From NCBI RefSeq assembly GCF_009914755.1, contig NC_060935.1: a DNA stretch of 64,000 bases, one strand, 5' to 3'. The translations under genes and the position numbers were made by a program. A model generated the notes under the pieces. It was not told the DNA's origin. It was given only the letters and a program-made list of their open reading frames with translations, and ran no database searches. Positions 44,096 through 56,300 of this stretch are shown here, piece after piece; position 1 is the first letter of the stretch, and every line of letters begins with the position of its first letter. This DNA is from the human T2T-CHM13v2.0 reference genome, Homo sapiens.

Positions 44096-45461
44096 CAGCA
44101 CATTTAATTGTATTGTGCTTCACTTTACTGTGATTTGCAGATATTGCTTTTTTAAAAAAATTGAAGGTTTGAGGCCATCTTGCTTTGAGCATGTCTATCT
44201 GCACCATTTTTCCAATAGCATGTGCTCACTGTGTGTCTCTGTGTCACATTTTGGTAATTCTTACAATATTTCAAATTTTCTCATTATATCTATTATGATG
44301 ATCTCTGATCAGTGATTTTTGGTGTTACTGTTGTACTTGTTTGGGGACACTGCAAACCATGCCCATGTAAGACACAATGAGATGTTGGGGAACTTAATCC
44401 CTAAGTGTTGTGTGTGTTCTGACTGCTCCGTGGGCTGGCTATTCCCCCATCTCTCTCCCTTTCCTTGGGTGTCCTTATTTCCTGAGATACAACAATATTA
44501 AAACTAGCCCAATTAATAAACCTATAATGACCTCTAAATGTTCAAGTGAGATGAAGAGTTGCACATCTCTCACTTTAAACCAAAAGCTAGAAATTATTAA
44601 GCTTAATAAGAAAAGTATGTTGAAAGCTGAGATAAGTGGAAAGCTAGGCCTGCACCAAATAATTAGTCAAGTTGTAAATGAAAAGGAAAAGTTGATGAAG
44701 AAATTAAAAAGGCTATTCCAGAGAACACAGAAATTGTAAGAAAGTGAAACAGCCATATTGCTGATATGGAGAAAGTTTTAGTGATCTGGATAGAAGATCA
44801 AACCAGCTACAATATTCCCTTAAACCAAAGCCTAATCTAGATCAAGGCCCTTGCTGTCTTTAATTCTATGAAAGTTGAGAGAGGTGAGGAAATAGTAGAA
44901 GACAAGTCTGAAGCTATCAGAGGTTGGTTCATGAGATTTAAAGAAGAAAGACATCTCCATAACACAAAAGTGCAAGATGAGGCAGCAAATGCTGATGGAG
45001 AAGTTGCAGCAAATTATCCAGAAGATGTAGTTAAGATCATTTACAAATGTGGCTACATTAAACCACAGATTTTTAATGCAGATGAAGCAGCTTTCTATTG
45101 AAAGGAAATGTCACCTAAGACATGCATAGCTAGAGAGAAGAAATCAATGCCTGGCTTCAAAGCAGCCATCAACATGGAAGTGAAACTCTTCACCAGCACA
45201 AAGATGACTCAGTGACAGCTCAGACAATTGTTAGCACTTTTTAGCAGTAAAGTAATTTTTAATGAAAATATATGCATTGTCTTTTTAAACATAATGCTAT
45301 TGTACACTTAATATACTATAGTATAACTTAAACATAACTTTCATACATACTGGGAAACCAAAAAATTCGTGACTCACTTTATTTCAAGATTTGCCTTGTT
45401 GTGATATTCATTTTATTGCAGTAATCTGGAACCAAACCCATGATATCTCTGAGGTATATCT
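44096..45461 (+). mobile_element. Tigger1 (pogo-like Tc1/mariner DNA transposon), internally deleted
   Basis: Both ends present (right end ATATCTCTGAGGTAT); transposase remnants MTSKCSSEMKSCTSLTLNQKLE from ATG 44527 and RGWFMRFK...[10 protein letters not shown]. Confidence 0.93.
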
Positions 45462-46569
45462 ATCTCTTTTTCATTGCTGTTTCCCTCTAAAAGAGATGTC
45501 AAAACATGGAAAATCTTGCTGATTGTCTGTGATTGGTGTCAACAACATGCATGCATCTCAAGTGTGATGAGGAAACAAGAGTATGAGCGCATAGCATCAA
45601 TCTGTCCCTACAAAATTGTAAGCGTTTATTCAACTGTTGAATACCCATGTTATCAAACTTAAAATTATAGATTGCCATAAGGACTTTGCAAGTAGATCTG
45701 TTTTGATAAGCCTATTCTTTCTTTCTAATTCACATGCTTTTTGTTTGGTATTTTTAAATGATCTGGGATTTCTAGAATTTTCTTTGATTGTGAATGATAA
45801 GTGTACAGAGCCAGACTTGCTGGACCGCCCATTCAGTTATTGCCGTATCAGGGAGCTCTTTCTCTTGGAAAAAAAAAAAGCAAGGAAAACAAAAAAGTAA
45901 TATTTTTATTATAAAGCACAACACTGCCTTATAATAAAATAGAATTGATATAAAATACATCTTAACCAGTTGTTACAGCCAATTTTAAAGAACTTCTCTT
46001 TGTATGCAAATGTGTTTCCGCTAACTCCATGCAAAAGCCCTGTGTGCCTTTTATAGATTCCCATAAACATTTCTGCAAACCAGACTTTGGTTTTTACAGA
46101 AACATGACACGTTTTAAATGCCTCCTAGCCACACACGTGTGAAATACACACACACAAACACACACACACGGACTAGTCTGAGGCCATACCTAGTTTATAT
46201 CATCCTTATTCATTGAGGGCCCAATCACCTGAAAATGGCTGAGATATTTTTTTCCCTGGCTCTTACATCATAGGAGACACAGGTTTAGATTCTGTTGAAA
46301 GAGAGGAAAAATCAAGTATTTTCCATGCAAATGTTTTGCTTCTATACATTTTGTTTTCCCTGTATCTCTTTTACTGAGAGAGCTTCTTTAAAAGTCTCAG
46401 ATACCTTGAAATTCTCTAGAAGTTCTCAGTAAGTAAGCTAATGAATCAAAGCACCTTAAGATGACCTTCATTGCCTTTCTTATAACGTTTCCTGTAAGCC
46501 TATATCCACATCAAGCTCCATATAAAATGTAAAGTTTTATTTAATCAGAAAATCTCTTAAAATATTGTC

Positions 46570-48030
46570 TTAAATTTCTAGCTCAGAGGTAGTACTGAGG
46601 ATGCAAAGATAAGTGTAATTTTGCTGTTTTGGGGCAGCTTCCTGTAAGGAAAGAATGGCAAACACACGATAGTTAAATGACACACAGTGGCAAATACTAA
46701 TGGAAGTACAGTATGAATAATATGCATGCCAGAGATTCTTAATCCTTTTTGGGTCATGGACCCTTTTGAGAAAATGATGGTCTAAATTGTTTAGCTGTTG
46801 CTATGTGACAAATATTTGCCTGATTGCTTAGCAGCTCAAAACAATGAATATTTATTATCTCTTAGAATTACTGGAGGTCAAGAATTTGAAAGTGGCTTAG
46901 CTGGATGTTCTGGCTCAGGGTCTCTCATGAGGTTGTAGTAAAGAGGTCAATTGGGGCTACTATGAGCTGAAAGCTTGACTGGGGCTGGAGAACATGTTTT
47001 CAAGATGGCTCACTTCACATGGCTATTGGAAGGAGGCCTCAGGGGGTTCTCTACAGGCTATCTCAGAAAAATTAATTTTTTAAACACATGGCTTCTTCAT
47101 AGAACTGATCATGATAGGACAGTTGGCTCTCCTCAGAGCAAGTGATCCGTGAAGTAGATAAAGAAGAAAGCCAAAGTGCTTTTTATGACCTAGCATTAGA
47201 AGTGACATACTACCCTTTATACAGTATTCCATGTGACCCTACAAAATGTGGAAGACTACAAAAGAATATAAATACCAGGAGGCAGATATTATCAGAGAAC
47301 ATCTTTAGGGTTGACTACCACATTCTCCTGGACCTCTTCCCAGAAGAATGCCTCACAGACCCTGGGTTAAGAAACCCTGTAAGAAAAGAGGTCAAAATAA
47401 ATGACAGTGCATGGAGTAGCTAGAAAGCTTTTGCAAGAGATTAATCAGTGGGTAGAGCAGGCAGGTGGACACTCTAAGAAGGTGAAACAGGAAAAGCACA
47501 AACACATGAAAAAAGTCGCCCTGTATTTGGGAAACAACAAGCAGCCCAAATGATTAAAGTATAGGGAGAAGAAAAGATATGAGTGTGGATCAGATCACAG
47601 AAGACTTTAAAAGCCACAGGGAGGACTGTGACTTTTATTGTTCATTGTGGAGACCCTGTGAAGTTATGCAAGGACCTGATTTACAAAACCCAATTTATAT
47701 TTTATAAAGATCATTCTGGTCATATGTGGAGATAGAAAGCACAGAGATCAATTGGGAAGCTATAACGCCAGTACAGAGACAGAAAATCATAATGATGTGA
47801 TCTGGGGCATAAACAGTGGGAATGAAAAGAAGAGGTTGTTTCCAAGAAGTTGTTTGGAGGTAAAATGTATAAAAATCGGCAATTAATTTGATGTGGGAAA
47901 TGAAAGAAAATAATACGTGAGTGAAGCTTATGAGCTGTTGCTTTGGACAACTAAGGAAGTGAGTTAGTAGAGGCTTTAATTGCGAGATGAGAAAGTACAA
48001 ATACGAGTTTAAGGTGTCTTTGGAATGTGC
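46570..48030 (-). mobile_element. L2 containing nested hAT-like and MaLR insertions
   Basis: GTACTGAGGATGCAAAGATAAG left of the nest; GGATCAGATCACAGAAGACTTT...TTTAAGGTGTCTTTGGAATGTGCAGGT right of it. Confidence 0.6.
46780..47322 (-). mobile_element. MaLR solo LTR (MLT1F-like)
   Basis: GGCTTAGCTGGATGTTCTGGCTCAGGGTCTCTCATGAGGTTG, TTCAAGATGGCTCAC, ends GACTACCACA. Confidence 0.8.
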
Positions 48031-48044
48031 AGGTAGCATACTTG

Positions 48045-48330
48045 TTAAGTATTTTCCAAAGCATATTCACTGAAAACTAGACATGTAAAAACTTCAAAAA
48101 AATAAGTTTCCATGATTAAAAAGGCTTAGGAAATAGTGTGAACATTATGCCCTAGAAAAAATTTACAATGCACACCAATGTATTAAAGATCAAAGGGGTT
48201 TTGATTGTTTTGTTTTCTCTAGTAGAAAGAACCATATATTTTCAAGGTAATGTTTCACAAATGTATTTGACAATGGAATCTTCCTTTTTGGCAACCTCTG
48301 TTAACATACTGTAAATCTAGCTTTCTGCAT
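48045..48330. mobile_element. hAT-Charlie non-autonomous fragment (MER103-like)
   Basis: TTTACAATGCACACCAATGTATTAAAG...ATTTGACAATGGAATC resembles the recalled consensus. Confidence 0.4.
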
Positions 48331-51300
48331 AGTAATTTAATTTGTAACAATTTAGTTTGCCCAACTCATCACTAAATGTCCAGCAAAATTGCCAATAATG
48401 ACACTCTAAAAATGCAGTTAACCTATTTTTTAGCTTCACATAAATCATAATGAAGTTTTTCAGAAACAATTTTAATTTGAAGTGACAAAGAAAACCAAAC
48501 TGATTTTTATTCTTTTAGGTTTTTCAGTATTTTCAATTCCATCATTATAACTAATACACAGTCAGAGTTTTTAAACTATGTAACAATGTTGTAACTTCAG
48601 CTACAAAATATATACTAGCTATAAAATTTACCAAGATTTAGTCTAATACAACAATTATCTATTGCTATATAACAAAGGTTCATCCCCAAAGCACTGTCTC
48701 ATGTTGAGGTTTTGAAATGGAAAAGACATCACGGCCTTGATGATAAGTGACATTTCAGCCACCGTTTTTCAAGTGAGTGCTGTTTGCAAGAGTCTGACAA
48801 CAGGTTGACATCGAGGGTCTTTTTGGGATTCCGAGACTCCATGTGTAAGCCGAGGAGAATTTTTAGCAAGGCCAACTGCAAAGCTGGAAATCCAAGATGG
48901 TTCCTGAAGCAAAAGAGAAGGTGTTTCTTCACTCGTAAATAAATGCAGACACCAAAAATTACCCCAGAGAAAGTAATTTGCTCCCAGCATATAGTGTTTT
49001 TTAGGCTTCAGGTTTCACATTATTACCTCAAGTAACTCAGTACATTATGTCGAAAAGCAACAGTGTTGTGGTTGAGAGCACAGCTCTGGAGGAAAGTGTG
49101 ATCTGGATGAATCCTAATCGTGCTCTTAATTGATATGGAACTCAGCAAGTAATGAAAACTTGTGCTTATTTTCTCATCTGTAAGATGGAGGTAATAATGC
49201 CCAGTACAGAGGATTTGTGAGAATTAAAAGGATAACTCTTGTATGCCTCAAATTAATATAAGCTATTTGTATCATAAGCAAAAACGCTAGTTCTCCCATA
49301 AAATGTAGATCAATCCAATACAAAAATATGTACATTTCAATGTGGTAGTGAAATAAGGACAATAGCTTAGACTCGAATAGTGTTTTCAAGTAATTAAGCA
49401 CTTCCACATTTCTTAGCCCGTTGATAATGAAACACACTTCTCTATAGAGAATCATGTTAGTGAACCTGTGTCCAGCGGCTGGTGGGAAAAGGGTAAGCAC
49501 AGCAACCCAGGCAAGCTTGGGACCGACAGCCATTAGTGAAAAATAACAGATGGTGTCTCATTTTTTGCTATAGGCAAAGAGCCAAATGACATGACTAAAT
49601 AGAAAGACAGCCTCAGAGGACTGCATCTGGGCTCCTACTGAGCATGGAGCCTGAAAGGCAGGGACATTTTTAATAACCTTTCTTTGACAAGCTTAAAGCC
49701 ATTTAATGCCTAAACCTGTCATATACATCCAGCCAGGAGAACAGGCCTCCAGAGAAAACTCCACAGCACACGGTCTTACCTCCCTGTGAAAAAATAAAAA
49801 TTGCACACACACATAAAAATAAAACATTATACATCAAGGTCACCAAATACGAAGTTTCCATTTAAATAAAAACAGCCATTCCCCCTCTCAATGGTAACCT
49901 TCTAGACCTGCTCCCCATTCTGCATTAGATTAAATGCCTGGTTGCCGATCATTCATTATTCAAATAAAACAATAGGGGGCTCATGCCTGCTTTAGCTGAA
50001 ATTTCTGTTCAGTCTAATTAGAAGGAAATGCAGTATAAATTATTATGTGCTGAAAATCTACACCAAAAAAGAAAGAAAATGAACTCATAATTCTTTATAT
50101 ATTGGGTTTCACTTTTTCATCAAGCCAAGTGAAACAGCAAGCAACTGTGTTTTTTTTTAACACAGCTTTTAAAGTAAATGGAAAAAAATCAGTAATCATT
50201 TTGATTAAAAATCTTTATTATTCCACTATTGTAATATTCAGCAGCAGTGAATGAGTGATTCTGCAAAAAGCATTCACTACAGCAAAATTATCTAATAAAT
50301 TGTATTTGTTTTCCAACGAGTCAGCTAGTAAGAGCATTAGTGTGGACATGAATTTAATTTTCTCATGAGTCCGTGGCTTCATCTTGTCCCAGCTGTTTCA
50401 TTTTCTTCTCATCACCAAATCATTTTATTATAATAACTCTCCATGCCTTACTTTTCTATAGCCCTGTATAAATGCAAGTACTTTGGAGACACTTTCATGC
50501 TGAGTAGTGGTTTGGAAGTTTACATTTAAATCTCACCTTAAATGTACATTTGTCAGAGGAAAGAAGATAGAAAAAAAAATTTGAAAAATATCATTTTACT
50601 TAACTATATTATGTGACAAGTAATTTACAAGGGTTGCAATGGGGGAAAATCATCTTTATAAAAGCAGTCATAATATCTGTTTAGTTCTACAGACTAATTG
50701 AATTAAATACATTAAATAGCTGCATTCATCACCATTTCTAGAAAGACCAAAAAATGCATATTTTTTCTTTTGAAACTCTAATGTCAAAAAAGTCACAAAC
50801 TGAAAATATATGCTTACTTGTAAATTCAATAAGACTGTAAATACCATGAAGGAAGAGCTTTTTCTTGTTTACCACTGTAATTCCCATGATACGTATGCAT
50901 GGAAGATGTTCAATGACTTTTTGCACATGTTACGACATTAGCAGCCAGAGTTGTAAAGAACTATATAAGCACGGTGAAACAATTGGAGCAAGTTGAAAGA
51001 CACTTTATTCTGCCCATATCAGAATAAGTTTGCAGCTGAAAAATGTGAGTCCCGATGGTGGAAACGAAAAATACTGAAGCTCATTCTCTGATAAGTAAAA
51101 TTTTTTGAAACCCTACCATTCACCTTTTTCCTCCTATTCTTCCCTTTTCAATGATACCCAGGTTGTCTCTTCCACACTCCTACATTACCCAGGACACCCA
51201 TGATTACACTTGTACCCCACCTCCTGATGCCACTCTTACTACTTTGATGAACTAGATACCCACTCTGTTGATATCGCTTCTCTCTTCTGTAACCTCTCTA

Positions 51301-51393
51301 GATTGTTGTGTGAACATTGCTGATTCTGGTGCAAGCTATACAGTAAGTCTTCAGAAAATGAGTGTTCAATAAATGCATGCACTGCTTTTGTAG

Positions 51394-51756
<363 letters not shown>

Positions 51757-53309
51757 CACATTGTGAATCTTGAAGAACAAATTTTAAGGTTTTTAGGAGC
51801 TTGCAACCAAACTGGGTATATATGCCCAACTGATTTTTCTGTACACAAAATAAACATTCTAACATTAATTTCAAACATGCTATTCCAGTAAGATGCAATA
51901 ACACATCCCATCCAAGGGGTGTCAAGACATGCCTGGCCTCTTAACGCTAAGAGCCTGGAAGGTAGCCCTCTCCATGTCTACTTTCTGTGTAAATTGCTCA
52001 GCATCAAGATTACTATATTAAAAATAACATAAGACAAAAAGTAAGTACAAAAATACATGTTCCTTTCTTGTCTCTTTTCTGACATTCAAAATCCTAGTTA
52101 CCTTCTAGGCATCTCTCAATATTTTTATATCAAAATGTGCTTTCTCTTTTGGGCCCCATAGTATTTAAATGTATTGCTTATCTTAATTCAATCTGATTTA
52201 CAGTAATGTTTTCTCTCTTACTAGAGTTAAAGTTCCTGAAGCGCAGGCCAGACCTACGTGTATTTATCTTTATGTCTCTTGGTTTAATACAATGCCCAGT
52301 CACAGTGCCTAAAAAAGTTGGTTTTATTGAGAGTCAAACAAGAACCAGAGTCCACTGCCTTTTCTAGGTTATAGAGGAACTCAAGGATTAGAACATGTTC
52401 AGCACACAGCTCTAGTATCTGCTTAAAATATATCAGGTTTATAGATAATTTTTTCATATTTACTCTTTACATACTGAATATAACAGCATCGCTCTGACAG
52501 GTGAAACATAACTGGTTTTATTCATGAAATATATATTTATCTTTGGACTCCATCCTAATGTTCCTCTGGGAAAGAGCCCAAATCCTGTTTATAGGCTTGC
52601 ATTAAATCTGAAGGAATACACAAATATAGTAATGCAAATTATTAATTATAATAAAACCTTATGGATGTGTGTTGTTTTACCGTTACAAAGCTAGTCCCCA
52701 TCAATTTTTCACCAGAACCCTTTACAATAAGTTATTTAATTAGTAAACATTTATTGAAGCCTCACTCTGTGCCAGGTACTGTGCTAAGGGCTGAGGATAT
52801 ATGAATGAATCAGAAAGAGACATGTTCTGCCCTCACAGAGGTTATGATCCAATGAGACAGATGAGGTGGTTGTGGATTAATTAAATATTCATAAAAAAGC
52901 AAATTAAGTGCTATAATGTTAGAATTACAGAAAAATAAAGGATGTAATTTTGGGACTTTAATTTTTTAAATACTTATATTCACTTTTATAACGAAGAACT
53001 CTTTGTGGAAAATGGTAATTTTCTGTTACCATTTGGGATAAGCACAGTTTTAAATAGTTCTGGAATTATAGAGGCACCTCCCCGTATGTCCTTTGGGGTA
53101 TTATGTTAGAAAGTGGAGCATCCAAGCTTCTAATGATGATTAAATAAAATAATGTGTACATAGCACTTGGTACAGTGTCTTGAACACAGTGAATTTTGTT
53201 CTTCTTGGCCTTCCATGTGCCAAGCAATCTCCTCGGTGCATTAACTTTGGCATTTTTCTTTAATCTTTATACCAGATGAGATGGATATTAATTGTCATAA
53301 TCATCCCCA

Positions 53310-56300
53310 TTTTATTTTTTATAATTTTTTATTTCAATTTTTATTTTAGGTTCGGGGGTACATGCGCAGGTTAGTTACATGAGTATATTGTGTGACACTG
53401 AGGTTTGGGGTACAAATGATCCCATCACCCAGATCATGAGTATAGTACCCAACAGGTAGTTTTTCAACCCTCACCTTCCCTCTCTCTTCACCCCTGATAG
53501 TTGCCAGTGTCTATTGCTCCCATCTTTATGTTCACATGTACTCAGTGCTTAGCTTCCCCTTATAAGTGAGAAAACGTGGTATTTGGTTTTCTGTTCCTGC
53601 ATTAATTTGCTTAGGATAATGGATTTTAGCTGCATCCATGTTGCTTCAAAGGACAGAATTTCATTCCTTTTATGGCTGCATATCATTCCATGGTGTCTAT
53701 GTACAACATTTTCTTTCTTTTTCTTTTTGACATTTATTTTAGGTTCAAGGATACATGTGCAGGTTGGTTATATAGGTAACTTGCATGTCATGGGGATTTG
53801 TTGTACAGATTATTTCATCACCCAGGCAATAAGCATAATATCTATAGGTAGTTTTCTGATCATCTCCTTCCTCCCACTCTCCAACTTCAACTAGACCCCG
53901 GTGTCTGTTGCTGTCTTCTTTGTGTCCATGTGTTCTCAATATTTAGCTCCCACTTGCAGGTGAGAACATGAAGTATTTGGTTTTCTGTTCTCATATAAAT
54001 TCAATTAGGATAAAGGCCTCCAGCTGCATCTACATTTCTGCAAAGAACATAATCTCGTTCTTTTTTAGGGCTGCATGGTATTTCATCATGGAAATGTACC
54101 ATATTTTCTTTATCCAGTCTACAGTTCATGGGCATTTAGGTTGATTCCATGTCTTTGCTATTGTGAATAATGCTGCTATAAGCATACATGTGCATGTGTC
54201 CTTATGGAAGAATGATTTATATTCCTTTGAATGTATTTCCAATAATGAGATTGCTGGATCAAACGTTAATTCTGTTTTCAATTATTTAGGAAATAGCCAC
54301 ATTGCTTTCCACAATAACTGAACAAATTTACATTCCCATCAGCAGTGCATAAGCATTCTCTTTTCTCTGAAACCTTGCCAGCACCTATTATTTTTTGACT
54401 TTTTAATAATAGCCATTCAGATTGGTGTGAGATGGTATTTCACTGTGGTTTTGATTTGTGTTTCTCTAATGATTGGTGATATTAAGCATTTTTTTCGTAT
54501 ACTTGTTGGCCACATGTATGTCTTTTTTTGAGAAGTGTCTGTTTACTCTGATTATAGTTTATTTTGCTGTACAGAAGCTCTTTAATTTAATTAGGTCCTA
54601 CTTGCCAACTTTTGTTTCTTTGGCAATTGCTTTTGACATTTTCATCATGAAGCCTTTGTCCATTCCTATGTCCAGAAAGGTATTTCCGTGATTATCTTCC
54701 AGAGTTTTTATAATTATAGGTCTTACACTTAAGTCTTTAATCCATTCTGAGTTGGTTTTTGTATATGGTGTAAGGAAGGGGTCCAGCTTCAATCTTCTGC
54801 ATATGGCTAGCCAATTATCCCAGCACCATTTGTTGCATAGGGAGTCCTTTCCCCGATGCTTTTTTGTTGTTGTTGACTTTGTCAAATATCAGATGGTTGT
54901 ACATGTGTGGCTTTATTTCTGGGCTCTCTATTCTATTTCATCGGTTTATGTGTGTGTTTTCCACCAGTACCATGCTGTTTTGGTTACTGTAGGCTTGTAG
55001 TATAGTTTCAAGTCAGATAACATGATGCCTCCAGCTTTGTTCATTTGCTTAGGATTGCCTTGACCATTCATGCTCTTTTTTGGTTCCATATAATTTTTAA
55101 GATTTTTTTCTAATTCTGTGAATAATGTCATTCTTAGTTTGCTAGGAATAGCATTGAGTCTGTAAATTGTTTGGCCAGTATGGCCATTTTAACAATATTA
55201 ATTCATCCTATCCATGAGGATGGAATATTTCTTCATTTGTTTGTGTCATCTCTGATTTCTTGAGCAGGGTTTTGTAATTTTCATTGTAGAGATCTTTCAC
55301 TTCTCTGGTTAGCTGTATTCCTAAATATTTTATTTATTTTGTGGCTATTGTGAAGTGCATTGAGTTTTTGGTTTTGCTTTGGGCTTGGGTGTCATCGGTG
55401 TATAGGAATGCTACTGATTTTTGTACATCAACTTTCTATCCTGAAACTTTGCTGGAGTTGTTTACCAGATCAAGGAGCTTTCAGCCAGAGACTTTGGATT
55501 TTTCTGGGTATAGCATAATATAATCTGCAAACAAGGATATTTTGACTTCCTCTCTTCCTGTTTGGTTGCCTTTTTTTTTTCTTTCTCTTGCCTGATTACT
55601 CCAGGTGGGACTTCCAGTATTATGTTGAATGGGAGTGGTAAGTGTGGACATTCTCGTCTTGTTCTTATTGTCCAGGGGAGTGCTTCCCGCTTTTGCCCAT
55701 TCAGTGTGTTGTTGGCTGTGGCTTTGACATAGATGGCTTTTACTATTTTGAAATATATTCTTTCAATGCCTATTTTGTTGAGGATTTTTAACATGAAGCA
55801 ATATTGAATTTTATTAAAAGGCTTGTCTGTATCTATTGGATGATCCTGTGGGTTTTGTTTTTAGTTCTGTTTATGTAACGGATCACATTTATTAATTAGT
55901 GTATGTTGAACCAGATTTGCATGCCAGGGATGAACCCCACTTAATTGTGTTTGATTAGCTTTTTGATGTGCTGCTGGATTCAGTTTGCTAGTATTTTGTT
56001 GAGAATGTTTGCATCTATATTCATCAATGATATTGGCCTCAAGTTTCCTTTTTTATTTTGTCTCTGCCAGGTTTTGGTATCAGGAGGATGCTAGAATGAG
56101 TTATTGAAAGATTCTCATCAGTTTTTTTTTGGAATAGTTTCACTAGGAACCAGCTCTTCTTTATACATCTGGTAGAATTCGGCTGTGAATCCTTTTGGTC
56201 CTGAGCTTTCTTTGGTTAGTAACATTTTATTACTGATTTGCTTTTGAACTCATTATTGGACTGTTTTGGGATTCAATTCCCTCTTAGCTCAATCTTGATA

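Noticed and set aside
53010-53034. Hairpin AAATGGTAA-TTTTCTG-TTACCATTT as a miRNA or terminator
   Set aside because: Only a 9-bp AT-rich stem, not extendable, and expected by chance in 64 kb.
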